DNA from: Tubiluchus corallicola
Lineage: Eukaryota; Animalia; Priapulida
Direction: 5' to 3'
Assembly: GCA_030141605.1 (NCBI GenBank)
Contig: JAQGDQ010000716.1
Location: forward strand, 44,196-108,195
Length of the DNA: 64,000 nt
Below the pieces are notes generated by a model, which was given only the letters and a program-made list of their open reading frames with translations, was not told the origin of the DNA and searched no databases. Positions 1 to 14,067 of this stretch are shown piece by piece. Numbering within the stretch: position 1 is the stretch's first letter; each line of letters begins with the position of its first letter. The position numbers were made by a program, and so were the translations under genes.

Positions 1-187
1 ACCAAGTTAAAGCTGCCACTACGTTGCGGAAATCCGATTTTCAAGTTTCTTGCTCAAATCTGCAATTTGCGCTCAAAGCTCAAACTAGCAAGTTGTACAA
101 TGTACATGCGTATACGATTTAGATAAACCTACTTGTCACAGGTGTTACGAATTTTGATTGTTCCTTGGCAACATTGTTTGCCAGAGA

Positions 188-226
188 ATAATAGTAGTAG
201 TAGCAGCAGCAGCAGCAGTAGTAGTG

Positions 227-293
<67 letters not shown>

Positions 294-319
294 CAGTAGT
301 AGCAGTAGTAGTAGTAGTT

Positions 320-407
<88 letters not shown>

Positions 408-499
408 TAGTGGTAGCAGTAGCAGCAGCAGCAGCAGTAGTGGTAGTAGTTATAGTTGTAGTAATAGTAGTAGCAGCAGCAGCAGCAGTAGTAGTAGTT

Positions 500-581
<82 letters not shown>

Positions 582-624
582 CGGTAGTAGTAGCAGTAGT
601 AGCAGTAGTAGTAGCAGTAGTAAC

Positions 625-658
<34 letters not shown>

Positions 659-683
659 GCAATAGTAATAATAATAATAACTA
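188..683. repeat. Compound trinucleotide microsatellite (AGT)n/(AGC)n grading into (AAT)n
   Basis: Directly visible; explains the poly-Y/S/T/V/L ORFs at 119-721. Confidence 0.98.
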
Positions 684-1991
684 GCAATACCCCGCCAAAA
701 AATATTTGCATATAAATACACGTATAATCAATAATACGCGAACATTCTAACTAGTCCTCATTTATAACGCAAAGCCCGTAACATCCTGCCTACTTTTTGC
801 TGAATTAAAGCTATAAGCTTATAGACAGAGTACAATGCAATCGTCAACGTCACAACAATGCCTTTGGGTCAGCAGTTTTCTAAGCGAAAATTGCCGAAAA
901 TAGAACATGTAATTAACTCGCAAGTACTCCTCTCGGTGGACCTGCCCTAAAATATAGCCCACATCGTCGTGTAGCCCCGTTTTTCCTCTTTCTAAAGAGC
1001 TATATATCTCCTTCCGAGAGTCCCACCAGGCGCCGCTAGAACGTTTTTTCCGCAGGCTGTTTGGAAGATTTCAAAAAAATCGCGAGTTGGGTCCGGGAAA
1101 ACGCCCGTTGCGGGACCCCGTGGCCCTCTCGCGAATTCTAAATAGGCCTACTACACCCACCGCTGAACGGGCTATCTATCCATACCCAGCACCACCCTCG
1201 ACCCGTTCCCGTTCTCTAAATCTCAGCCGTATAACTTTTGCAAAAAACTGCAGCCTTTCATATAGGAAATGAATAAGAGAATGGACGAATGAAATATTAG
1301 ATGATTTTTGTGTGAAAAACATCCCGCTATATCGAGCTTATGGTAGAGACGCATAAAAACGATAAAAACCCGAAAAAAAAAATTGATGTTTGCGTAAGAT
1401 TTTAGACTCCTGATTCCGCATAGTGAAACTCTTTTGACTAAAGCTTGTTCTAGTGGTGATAATAAAAAACTCGAAAGCTATCAGCAAGCTCCGCAAAACG
1501 GAGACTTACACATTCATCTTTAAACTCAAGGTTGCTGAAAACTTACGAGGCGACTGACTGGAATTCAAAACTGTTGTTAGTAATATACTTATGAAATATG
1601 ACTTGATTTGGTTACACAACTGATCGTACAAGATAATGAAGTAGACTGAAACCAAAATGAGGATTCTTAGACGATTGGACAGGTAATGACATCACTTTAA
1701 TTTATTATCAATTAATGTAATCATACCTCAAACGAAAAGTCACGAACATAGTGTCTCCTTGGTGATCGAATAATATTTTTCGTTTGATTTTGATATCGGC
1801 GCCATCGGCAATAACCAGTGGGGGGGGGGCAGAATTTGTCAACTTGTTTTGAAATTTAAATATAGAAATTGAAACCTATCAAGTTTTTTCACAAATCACA
1901 AATTAATTGAAAATGATATGGAAACGCTATAATTAGTAGTATAATGTCTTCAATTGAATTCAAAAATGATTTCAGTTCATTAGAAGCGAAC

Positions 1992-2164
1992 CACAGCACT
2001 AATTATACGTACATGTTCACACAGCACTAATTATACGTACATGTACACACAGCACTAATTATACGTACATGTACACACAGCACTAATTATACGTAAATGT
2101 GCACACAGCACTAATTATGCGTACATGTACACACAGCACTAATTATACGTACATGGTCACACAG
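1992..2164. repeat. 28-bp minisatellite, about 6 copies (ACAGCACTAATTATACGTACATGTACAC)
   Basis: Units start at 1993, 2021, 2049, 2077, 2105, 2133 and a partial one at 2161; head-to-tail with no spacers. Confidence 0.95.
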
Positions 2165-3024
2165 AAATTAATAGCAAAATGACAGTAAAAACATGAGACT
2201 TTACACCGGCATTCAGGCTACATTTTATATTAAACCTATTTAACAACCGTAATGCACACTATAATGATGAATGTCTACACACATTAGAATGCAGGTCTAC
2301 TATGTAAGATATGGTTTCAATATGGAATTTCTTTCGATCTACATCTAACCTTTGAAAACTTCAGCATAAAGAATTTACTTATTTTCAACCTACTAAGGTC
2401 TTTGCACGTTGCCCCATGCGAGTGATAGGTATATATCAAATATTACATTAAAATGAGGGAGTTTATTTTTACACACACGTCTGTGCGATGCTGGAAATAT
2501 GCTGTATAGAGTAAAACCCGTATATTGGATGTTTATTTTTCTGTACTTTCAAATCGTTCCAAAGTTATGTTTGAGCCACATACAGGAACAATGAAAACTC
2601 AATATTATACGAGATGAAGAAAAAGTAATTTTTTAGCACATTTCAGGTTTTCTAATTAGATTTTGTTTGCAAATATCGCAGTTAATTATCTATATCAACG
2701 TTACTACAAAAATGTCAAACTTTAAACTTCCTATTATGTAAAGTTATTATTGCAAATCAAATGGATGCGACTGGAGGTGTCAACCGGGGTATATTTTATT
2801 ACTTTGTCTATATCTCTCGAATTTTAGAAGGATATGTTCTTACTTTTTATCATATAGCGCTTACTAATATAACACAGAATTTCAGTATTGAGTTGTTGCT
2901 TTAGATAAACAATTAACATAAGCTCAAAGATCTTTTTGCATACTTGTAATAACAATTCTACAACTAAATAACAGAGATGATTATTACTCCACTTTCATTT
3001 CTAAATACCACGCGAAAGGCAGGG

Positions 3025-3382
3025 TAAAATATTCAGTGTGTTGAAGTAAAACTCGACAAGTTCTAAGGTAAAAATTCATGTTTCAAATTTACCGCTGTGC
3101 TCACGCATGAGCTATAGAACGTGTGTAGTTCGTCACAAACTAAAATATCTGAACCGAGAGATACAACACCTGTTTTTGTGCAACTCTTTCCAAAATGCAG
3201 GCGCTGGTGTCCGTCTAACTAGTGAATGGCAAAATGCATGTAACAACGAAGAACTAGTGGCGCGAATGCGAAATTGTGTTTGTGAGGTAATAATTCTTTC
3301 ACGTAAGTCACAATATGTTTTCTACAGTTTAAGATTGACCTACAGTTTTGACCTATAGTTTAAGATTAGGTTCGGTTTTGCT
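3025..3382 (+). mobile_element. Partial copy of the TTAA-flanked (Kolobok-like) MITE family
   Basis: Shares CAAATTTACCGCTG(T/C)GCTCACGCATGAGCT and GAAGAACTAGTGGCGC with 36379-36963 and ends CGGTTTTGCT|TTAA. Confidence 0.8.
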
Positions 3383-3739
3383 TTAAGAAACAGTTAATGT
3401 GCTTGGCGCCCGGCTATGCAGTTATGTGTAGAATGAAAGAAAAAAGGTTGTCAGGTAGCTTCACTTAACTTCAGGATTTTATACAGTTCCCGAAAAGGTT
3501 CCCGAAAACTTGCTCACATTAAACAGCGATTACATTATGTTTGGGATATTATTATATTATTCTGCTTCCCACATGACAGGCTTTCATAGAGATTTATACA
3601 CATAACACGTTTGGTTACTTTAGACAAATTAAAAATAAAGTCTGAAGAATAACAGACAATTGGGTTATGTGCACCATAACAAATTACAGTACCACTCGTG
3701 TAAAATTTCTTGGTGCAGAGAAACTCATCTGTCCAGATT

Positions 3740-4130
3740 CGACACCTCCATACGTTAATTCCAAGAATATTGGTGAAATCAAAACTAAACTACAAAACGG
3801 TGTGAACAATATATGTCAATGGATGTCAGCTAGTAAAAGGATCCTTAATGTAGTAAAAGCTAAAAAATGATAGTGTGTAGTGCCCAAAAGCGAGCCCGTG
3901 CAACCAATTCACTAGATCTTGATATAAAAGTAGTGGCACCACGTTAGAGGAAGTTCGCGCAGAAAAGCTACAATTTCTCTTAATGATCATCTTATCCGGC
4001 AGCACCAAATGACTAAACTTAGAAGTTTGGTAGTTGAAAAGGATGGGATATTCAAAAAAGCACGTCCCTACATCAATGCTACATTGGCAAAACTACTCTA
4101 CAATGCTACGGCACTGCCACAGAAGTTATT
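3740..4130 (+). mobile_element. Degenerate CR1/L2-like LINE reverse transcriptase C-terminal fragment
   Basis: KTKLQNGVNNICQWMSASKRILNVVKAK resembles the L..LQ..l..i..W...NkL.LN..Kt motif; GIFKKARPYINATLAKLLYNATALP follows; stops and frameshifts present. Confidence 0.55.
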
Positions 4131-5124
4131 GATTGCAAAATGCCCGCGAAGCTGAAACACAAATTCCAAAAAAGAAACTTTCTTTGCAAAACACAAGCAA
4201 GCGTCTGGTGGGCAGTTGTGTTTAACTAAATTTAGACATGAATATAGCAAAGCAGTCTGAGGAGCTACTGAGGGAAATTTTGGTTTAATTTATTTCAACA
4301 ACCAGCTTGTACCTATGATGCATTTGTGCCTTGTTGTGTTTAAAATATATACGCGTGCAAATAATGTGTTTTAATGTAATATATAATATCTTATCACTCA
4401 TGTATTGGTAAATTTTAATGTATAATTTGTACTGTGATTTATATTTCAACGCTTTTAAAACTATAAAAACTATAAAATTTGTGAAACTGCATACGATTTT
4501 AGCCTTATATTGTATTTATAATTTATTACTGTGCGTAAGTTTTGTTTTGTTTAAGTTTGGTTGGTATTCAGTTAAGCAAGTAGCTGTTGCTTTGATGTGA
4601 TATTGGTGATGTGAAACTTGTCTAGCCTTTTGTTGCTTTTGTAAGGGCCCCAGTTGTTTGTCTCTTTTTGTTGTTTGTGTGTGGTGTCCATGTCATTCTA
4701 GTTTAATACCAAAACCCATAAAACACCTATATAAAACACGCGTTTACTCAATCAGCTTAAACAATCTGCATGCTAACTTAGCGGAATAGATAAAAGTCAA
4801 CCGAAAGCAACAAATAATTAATTAATATGCGTGATAACAAGGTTGCTCCCACTAATTAGCCAAGTGGTGAGTTGTTAGGTCTTATATAGTCTCCCAGTGT
4901 GTTCGTACCGATTTGCTTGGTCAAACAGGGTCTGAATATTTTTATAGTCAAATAGGAGTTTACATAACTACACATGAATGCACTGAGGGCAAGTGTATCA
5001 TTGCAGAAGTAATGAAAGATTTACATGTTCTTCAAAACTTGTAGAAAGTCGGGTTATTCACACTGTGATAAAACTGAACACTTTTCACTTTGTTCAGAAA
5101 GTCATCTTATTCTTTGTATTACAG

Positions 5125-6166
5125 GTGTTACTGGAGAGGAACAAGAAATCTTTTGTTTGCCCCAATCTTTGTGTTTTGCACATTTATGGGAACATACAAG
5201 ATGATGTACATTGCTACTATTAATGAAGAGGAAACTGTTACGGAAGATTCTTTCAAGAGACTTTCTTTAAATTATTCAAATAAAGATGATATTCCACCTT
5301 GTGGAGACCCCTGTGATATAAACACAGAACACTTCCATCAGACAGTGGGTCTAGACTATCCAGTGCTACATAAACATTATGACTGCCAAGCGACTATGAA
5401 AAGGCTGCTCTTAGAAACTCCGTCAGATGAGTGGCCTCCTCCACGAGAACCTCCCCCAGAACTGGTGGGTGAATTTGCAATGTATGGTAAGATGCCCATA
5501 CGAAAGTGGTATTTTGCAGAGGTCTTCCCTGAATCTAAAAAGAATCTCTTTAACACTTCATTTATTTCGAAATTGCAAAATAGAGTGTTGGAAGGGAAAA
5601 ATATTTCGCCATACGGTCTTTTTGCAACCGGCACTGTTGTAAAAGCATTGAGCTTGTACAGAGAGGTAATTGAAGGGAAAGTTGGTTTTGTTATTGGAAC
5701 AATACACCCTTGGATTGAAGCTCTTTTGCTGAACTTCAATGCATCACATGTAACAACAGTAGACTATAATGATCCAATGTCAACACATCCCAGGATTACC
5801 ACAATTTCACCTCAAAAGCTGGCACAAAAATATCTGGAAAAAGGGAAGCCATTGTTCGATTTTGGGATTAGTTATTCATCAATAGAACACAGTGGACTTG
5901 GACGATATGGAGATGCTTTGAATCCAAGTGGTGATCTTGAAGCAATGGCTCAAGCTTGGTGTTTAGTTAAAAATTTTGGATTTTTCTTTTTACAAGTAGA
6001 TACACACAAAGGTGAAAACTATATTGCTTGGAATGCGGGTAGATATTATGGAAACGAAAGACTGATGCATCTTACAGCAAACTGGAACGTTTTTGATGTA
6101 GTGAAAAATACGCGCCGTGGCCGGAGGGAAGAAATTTTAAGAGTTATGCAGAAAATCAATAATTAA
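5125..6166 (+). CDS. DUF268-family SAM-dependent methyltransferase-like protein, predicted type II membrane; main coding exon, start codon probably in an unidentified upstream exon
   Basis: Motifs VIGTIHPWIEALLL..ASHVTTVDY, FDFGISYSSIEHSGLGRYGDALNPSGDLEAM and IAWNAGRYYG..RL typical of DUF268; hydrophobic LLFAPIFVFCTFM near the N-terminus; acceptor TTCTTTGTATTACAG|G at 5124/5125; the ORF-track start at 5090 is TTG. Confidence 0.85.
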
Positions 6167-9100
6167 ATGTGGATCTGCACCACTGTAGAAAGTTATACAG
6201 ACGTCTTGTTGCCTTCTTACTTTTTAGTATGTCATCGTATCTTGTGCTGAAGGTTGCTGTGTTACAATTACAGAACATCCCAAGTCTGCAAAATTACCTA
6301 TTAGCTCCAGCAATCCCGAAAGCCCATTTGCGTTTAGGAGTAAAACACAATGGGCGCTTGCTGACATTATTTTATTATGGCATTACTATAGCATTGTGCA
6401 ATATTCAGTACAGCTGGATTTGAATGCATGAGTTTTTGCACATCACTAGAGGGAAATGGAACTACAGAGTCTGGCTAATTATATCATGTATTTCCTCTAC
6501 AAGTTAAACACTCAGTGTGCTACCAATAAAAGGTTAATCCTCTAGAATTAGATGAATGAAACTGGCCAGAACACGTATTTTCACACATTTTCATTAGCTT
6601 TTTCAAAATAAAAGTACTATATTACTAATAGTTTAACATATGTGCTGACAGATACAGTTAAAATTGTTTATTATTGTTTATTAATAAGTCTAATCCAGGT
6701 TGTGGCCTTGGTCTGTGATGCTCAATCACGTGTAGCTGCTGGGCTTCCCATATATGGCAGAGAATATTGCTAGTGAGTTTTACTAGCCAATCAGGTAAGC
6801 CCAGTAGATGCATGTGACTTGTGTAGCTTTGCCACGACCAGCCTGAGCATTTTTTCGTCTGATTATTGCTGTTGAATTGTCACCATGTGTGCTTTCTTTT
6901 CATGTAAATAGTGTAAATAGCAAATAAAATCTTTCACAGTTTAATGCAGTTTTCTATTCTCTTCTTGCTTTAACAACCAGAGTGAGCCAGTCTCATAATT
7001 CAGTTTTAAACTATCTCTTTCAAGAAGTCTACAAATTACTAAAATAAAGTTTATAATAGCGGTCCAGTCACTCAACAGAGACAACTCCAAAGTTTTCTGT
7101 TTGCATTGAAGGAAGTCACCCATCTTTTCATTACACAGCTTCAGTGTCGCTCAAGTTCATTAGCAAGACGTAAAAATATATTTTTTGTTTTCGCCTGCAC
7201 AACCCAGTGCAATAGACAAAACCAGTTGACCTTATTTGAATACAGACTTAATAATAACATGATTGTAATTGCAACAAAATTATTTTATAGTTGCCTTCCC
7301 CGGGAACAACTTATCGAAATTCTTTTCGCAGTACGCTGTCTAATTAATGAGTAATTAACTTTTTGTATCTCACATGAAACGCCATGGAGCTGCACTTACG
7401 CCTCTCCTGGTGAAAAATTGAACTAGCGCAGCTCTGGCTGACGAGGTAACAGAGTGTACACGCAGCTTATTGTGATATTGTCGTACAAGATTTGGTTAAA
7501 TATAAAGTTGTTATTAGTACATTGCAGCATTTGACCTTGGTTTGGATAGGTAGTCGGCTTCATCAAAAGCGACATATTTTACTACCGTCGAAAGTTATGG
7601 GTCCATTACAGTATATTCTAAATGAGGTAAACAATCATTGCGCAAAATTAGACTGGTCTACAGCATATTGTAAAATTCATGTGGCATTAATTGAAAGCAT
7701 CGTCAGTAATACAAGCTGCAAAAGTGTGGGCCTTGGTAACAAAAGTTCTTTTCTTGCAAAGCAAGTCCGTATAGTAACTTCATTCTGGTAGAAGAATTAA
7801 CGAATTTGTAAACACAGAAAAACTCATTGAAGCATAATTATAATGCTAGTTTGACAATTTTTAGTGACAGCTTCATTATGTCAGCCTTGACAAAAATATA
7901 TTAACCCCATGGACACATAGACTATAACATGTTAGCTGTAGAATTATTGACCAAACATATATGAACATTTTTAACATTGTCGTGTTTTAGTCTGTTAAAT
8001 CAGTAAGACTTTTAATATCAACCAGAACTTTAACTGTTGTTCGTTAGCTTTTGTTTTTACATGATAACAACACGTTGTGTTTATTTTTACACAGCAGTGA
8101 TATTAAAATATTAGGATTAGATAAAATTCTTGTGGTCAGTTGGACTGAAATAAAAACTAATGATAATAATAAGTTTAATATAATTAAAATTCACTTTTAC
8201 AAAATAAAAAACTAACGATACAATGTGGTTCGATGACGAAATAATTATTTATTGTCTTGTTTCAAGAAAGGTTATTCTATCACTCATTCTATTACAAAGT
8301 TGAAAAAACTGCATGTAGTACAAAATACTCTAGTACAAAGCTCTTTGTGCTAAACAAATTACCAAATACACTGAAGTCGTTGTTTATGGTGTAAGGATTA
8401 ACAATTTACAGTTGTCAATTTGCGATTTGCAAAGCTTTTTCTTTAGTTAATATTCAAAATTCAGAATAAAATTTTAGCGCAAATAACTGCATTACATAAT
8501 GTAATTGTGATATTTTTACTGAAATGGATACAAATCTCGAGATGATGTAACGATCTGACGTCTGGGGGTAGTTTGTTTGATCGAAGGTAGTCGCTGGGTA
8601 ACAATTTGACTGGCCTGACCGAGCTAAAGGGGCGACCAATCATCTACCCGTTAGCTCCAGACAGTTGCGAGCTTATAGGCAGTCTACGGGGGGCCTGTCT
8701 ATTGAGCAGAGTGGTTCGGGTGTGGGATGTGCAGTTTACTTTGCTTGGAATAATCTGTTGGACTCACTATGATAATGCAAGCGACGAAGATAAGGCAACT
8801 AATGCACAAACAATCAATTGCATAAATATTGTAGAAATAATTATTAAGCATACAAACAAAAAATGTATGTAAAAGAAAACACTATCATTATTCAAACACT
8901 AATTTAAGTTTGAATGTGCTAAATATTACGGTATCTACTTACAGTAGACTTACACTATCAAGTCGATAAACAAACAATAAAATTGGCATATAATGCACAA
9001 CCGCTAAAGCTACCTAAAAGGGTACCTATTTGTCTAACTACATGCCACCCCAAATGATGTAGTCCTCGCTAGCGCTACGATGATCAACCGGCATTATCTC

Positions 9101-10757
9101 ACTTAGAAAATACACCATGGAGGTTGCGTAGTACTACTTAGTTTAACGTAGGGCGCCTCTATGATGAGGTTGCAGCTCAGCGTCTATTAGTATCACTACC
9201 AATTTCTTGAATAGCAAGGAGGTTAAGTCCAGCTTCCACGCAACTGCTAACATCAGATAAGCAAAAACTAAATCGTGCAACTTACAGTCTCTCGGTTGTT
9301 ACCGTACTGGGGGTGCCTCGTCACCTCAAACATGGATCCGCCTCTCAACGGTTTGTCGGTACGCCAATAGCACTTCCCAACAATACGATCACAGCAATGA
9401 GACAAAGTCTTAATTGTCTCCAAACTTTGTGGAAATCGCTACCACCAAAAACATCTGTCCACTCAGTTGTCCAATGGTTTCAGACCTCATGAACAAAGTC
9501 ACCATACGATATAACTGACTACGTGGACGATACTACTTGCACGTCATATCAGTCTACGTGCCGTACCTGGAGTAAAGTTGCTGACCTCTTTTCGATACCT
9601 GCGAGAGTAGTCGCAGGCATAGGTATATGCTGGCTTCCTACAGCTATCATTACAAGCGATTAAACTGGCCCTCCCGCAGTACTTACTAACCTTGACTAAT
9701 GGCTATTATCGTTCATAGGCTATAGAAACGATCTTTTTAATGCTAATGTTATTTTACTTCCACATATGAACAAAAGGTAGAATACATAATGATATGCACA
9801 GCATAGAAGGGTCAAAAGTGAGTAGAGTTTGTGTTTTCTTTCCTAACTCTGTAACTGGGGTGACCAACCAACTGACAGACCAACTGAACAAACAGCACAC
9901 TCACATGACGCAAGCCACTGCACGAGTCCATTTATGTGGGAAGATGAAATGGACGTTACAGATGACTAAACTGCATCGATAAACTATGCACTTGGCTTAA
10001 AATGAAACAAAAAAACACTACAGAAACTGCATCTGACTAAATCTCTCAGAAGTGTAAGCACAATATTTTTAGCACTAAAGTTCATCATGTTCTAAACTCA
10101 CGTTTCAAAGCAAACAGCCGAGAAATTATCACACAGGTTGTAGGAGTGAATCCAGGTTTTAGGTTACACTTTCACTGCTCCAATAATTTTCTGTTGCTCA
10201 TCGAAAACTAAAAGTTGTTATATTTTGGCTTCGTATTTCGACACTTTTAGTCTGACTACTGCATCCCGTCTAATTGTTTAATCCTAGCGCAACACATTCC
10301 ACGACCGTTTTTCAATAAGAACAATCAAAACCGAAACCTAGCAAATCACGCATTCAATTCACAATAAACCAATCTTTACCGTGATACGGTCACTAGGTAT
10401 AAACAGTGTAAAAGTACTGTTTGCTGAACGCTGTTTGTTGGTGCAAACAAATGCTGTAACAAGTGTTGCGTACAATCCGTCTCACCTTGGGCATTTTGCC
10501 AAGTTTCATCTGTAGTACGTCAATTTCGCCACCAGAGGCGCAGGCGCAGATGCATGCTCAATGGCGGCCTAGTCAAATGTTCGTTTTGTATACAATTTTA
10601 TCCGAGGTTTTGCCAAGGTCTCTTAAACATGAAAATTTCGTGAAGAATGAGGTACGTATTTCTATTCACAATATAATAGCGAGTTATTTAAGCTCAACTT
10701 AATTTTGGTGATATTCGCCCTTTAAAAGATTACAAATAAGGTACAGATCTGTTGTAA

Positions 10758-11075
10758 TAATTGTAATGTACAGGGTCTTGCACAAGAATCGCAACGCAAA
10801 ACCAAACTTTGTAATTAGTGTAGTGCATAGGAACCTGCAAGAAAATCGAAACGCAAACACAAATTTTGTAATTAATGTAATACATACGGACTTGCACAAG
10901 AACCGCAATGCAAACACAAACTTTGTAATTAATGTAATGTATTCGGACCTGCACAAGAATTGCAACACAAAACACAAAGTTTGTAATGATTTTAATGCTT
11001 AGGGACCTGCACAAGATTCGCAACGAAAAACCCAAACTTTGTAATTAATGTAATACATAGTGCGGAATTGTACAC
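10758..11075. repeat. 60-bp tandem repeat, about 5 copies
   Basis: AAACTTTGTAATTAATGTAAT..GGACYTGCACAAGAA..GCAA recurs at 60-bp period. Confidence 0.9.
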
Positions 11076-11124
11076 GAAATGATGAGTATTGGAGATGGCA
11101 GCGAGAAAGATTGGTCAAGTCAAC

Positions 11125-12042
11125 AAAGGAATTCATGGATGAGGTTGTCAAGTAGCCAAGGAGTGAATTCATCCCTGAGGCTGTCAAGTAGTCAAGGAGT
11201 GAATTCATGGCTAAGGTGGTCAGGTAGTCAAGTAGTGAATTCATGGCTGAGGTGGTCAAGTAGTCAAGTAGTGAATTTATGGTTGAGGTGGTCAAACAGT
11301 CAAGGATTGATTTCATGGCTAAGGTGGTCAGGTAGTCAAGTAGTGAATTCATGGCTGAGGTGGTCAAGTTGTCAAGTAGTGAATTCATGGCTGAGGTGGT
11401 CAAGTATTGAAGGAGTGAATTCATGGCTAAGGTGGTCAGGTAGCCAAGTAGTGAATTCATGGCTGAGGTGGCCAAGTATTGAAGGAGTGAATTCATGGCT
11501 AAGGTGGTCAGGTAGACAAGTAGTGAATTCATGGCTGAGGTGGTCAAGTAATGAAGGAGTGAATTCATGGTTGAGGTGGTCGAGTAGTCAAGGATTGAAT
11601 TCATGGCTGAGGTGGTCAAGTTGTCAAGTAGTGAATTCATGGCTGAGGTGGTCAAGTAGTCAAGGAGTGAATTCATGGCTGAGGTGGTCAGGTAGTCAAG
11701 TAGTGAATTCATGGCTGAGGTTGTCAAGTAGTCAAGTAGTGAATTTATGGTTGAGGTGGTCAAGTAGACAAGGATTGAATTCATGGCTAAGGTGGTCATG
11801 TAGTCAAGGAGTGAATTCATGGTTGAGGTGGTCAAGTATTGAAGGAGTGAATTCATGGTTGAGGTGGTCGAGTAGTCAAGGATTGAATTCATGGTTGAGG
11901 TGGTCAAGTAGTGAAGGAGTGAATTCATGGTTGAGGTGGTCAAGTAGTCAAGGAGTGAATTAATGGCTGAGCTGGTCACGTAGTCAAGGAGTGAATTCAT
12001 GGCTGTGGTGGCCAAGTAGTCAAGTAATAAATTCATGGCTGA
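11125..12042. repeat. 36-bp minisatellite, about 25 copies (GTGAATTCATGGCTGAGGTGGTCAAGTAGTCAAGGA)
   Basis: Head-to-tail near-identical units without spacers; produces the periodic ORFs 10999-12036(-) and 11079-11963(+). Confidence 0.97.
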
Positions 12043-14067
12043 GAAGACGATGCAGGTGTTGTTAAAGCAGCCAACAGCATCAACGTTGTTGAGCAGACAG
12101 TCGAGGAGGAGAAATAACGAGAAGCAATGAATATTAGATAATACAGAAAGTGAATTGGGAGTAGATGGTTTGAGAAAATATTTATGATTTTGATCAGCTT
12201 AGCTGTGCCACGTTATGCAATTTTTGCACTGTCATCGAGGGTTCATATTGAGATTTAGGTATACAGCTTAACATTTGCTTTGTAATAACTGATAACAGTT
12301 AATTTTAATAGCTAGAAATTAGGTTTAAATTTCCGTTTATTACATTATGTCAGGTATTTCCACTTGTTCTTTTCCTACCAAAGATCACGCTGAATTATTA
12401 CTAATCAACGCTCATGCTAATGCAAAGAAGAATTGCTAGAGCTATTTAGTACTTACTCTTAGGTCCTTAGAATTTACTTGAAAGATATTTGTTCAATTAA
12501 CAGAAAAAGAAAAAGCTAATATGTTTTTCTTTTCCCATTATTTGGTATGTCTGGTGGTAATGCCATTAAGGCAGATTATGGGAAAGGTAGATCTCTGCGG
12601 CAAGAGATTTTACTAAAAAGAACAGAGAACTAAACGCTGAAATGTACTTAATATCGTAAATATTATATTATGCACTTTTTTATATTATTTATAAACAAAA
12701 AAGTACAAAAAATAAAATAGCACATAAAGTGCATAAAACAGCATATGTACAACAGTATGGCCTCGCTAACTTGCCGGGGCAAAGATTCATTGATATCAAT
12801 AATAGCAATTCACAATTATTTTTTTATCAATTCGAGTATCTTACAATATCTTTTAGCACCTGTTATGAGAATTGATATGCTTAAGTTCTCCCATATACAC
12901 AATATTTATAGTGTTAATCTGCTCCAATTATTCATCCCAATATGCAAACGATAGCGTATTGTCTTCTCTAGACGAGGGTGAATCAAAGTCAAAGTCTCTT
13001 GGAGAAACTATTGTGCAATTCAAAAACATCACCTGATGTCTCTCGGCTTTCACACTAAATCCGAGAGAAACGTAGTACTTTCACTAAGCGTTCTAAACGT
13101 AAGTATATCAACATGTGACGTGTGAACGGAGCTGTAGTTAAACCTGTGTTCGTACACACAAGTCGACACGGCGCCCATTGACGATAGCGACAAGCAGGTA
13201 CCTTTCTTTCTGATTTAGTGGTAATGAAGTCCTTTACAATGTACAATCGTGAAATATCAAAGTCTGGTGACCTCTCCTTGAGGAACATGGGCACTGGGTA
13301 CTCACAAAATCCAGATCGATGTTCTGCTCTCGTGATAAGACCGGCAAAACCACGGAAACCGAAATGTGGACATCTTCCAGCATCACATTAGATCATCAGC
13401 TTTCCAAAAGTCAACTAGTCTAGTGCTACACCAAAGAATATACCGATAAATCTGTGCCAAGAACGTACAAAAATTTTTGCATCTGAATGCTTTATAATAC
13501 AGTCGAAATTTTACCCCTCCCAATGGGACTAACCTTTTCTAAACTAACAAAAAGGACCTAGTTGATTATAACGAAATAGAAACAAGTTTCATTTTGCAAT
13601 CGTAATGTGCAAATCTGTGTCAAAATACGAAACTAAAACTTAGAGTTTATTTTCAAATTAAGTTACGCCTCAATAATTCAACATGGGCCAATAAATCACA
13701 TTTTTACTGTTTTGCACACCCAGATGATAATGAATTGTTTAACCAAAACGCATTGAACCTATACATTTTTGAATATAATATAATCTATCAATTTTTTTAA
13801 CTATTTTCTGCATTTATTTCACAAACTGCAACAGCTCAAGCAAAGAATAACTGTATCTTTACAATTTGGTTCAATGGTTATTTTTTATTTTGAAGAATTA
13901 CGTATAATAAAACTTAAAAACTGACTTGCAAATTCGAACTCTTCATATGGTTCAGTAGAGTTTGTGACAATCTGTAAGCTACTTAGGGCATTCAGTAACA
14001 TGTAAGTGGAAAAAACGAAAAACAACCGAGCAACCGATTTTCCCACTATGACTCGGTTAGAGCAAAT

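Noticed and set aside
119-721. Five overlapping homopolymeric ORFs
   Set aside because: Translations of a trinucleotide microsatellite.
1140-1260. Possible Helitron-like 3' end on the minus strand
   Set aside because: No clean hairpin plus CTRR terminus and no second copy in the window.
1992-2164. CRISPR-like 28-bp repeat with internal palindromes
   Set aside because: No spacers; ordinary minisatellite.
6941-7790. Possible decayed exons on the minus strand (IYCNGPI, NFSPGE followed by GTAAGT) faintly resembling a trehalase N-terminus
   Set aside because: Needs frameshifts and stop read-through; matches are too short to call without a translated search.
9290-9600. GVP...YVDDTT suggesting a LINE RT relic
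   Set aside because: Only isolated short motifs with no continuous frame.
11125-12042. CRISPR array suggested by the 36-bp period
   Set aside because: Units are contiguous with no unique spacers, there are no cas genes, and the context is eukaryotic.
13055-13420. Coding-like segment on the minus strand
   Set aside because: No recognisable motif or supported exon structure; probably a transposon remnant.
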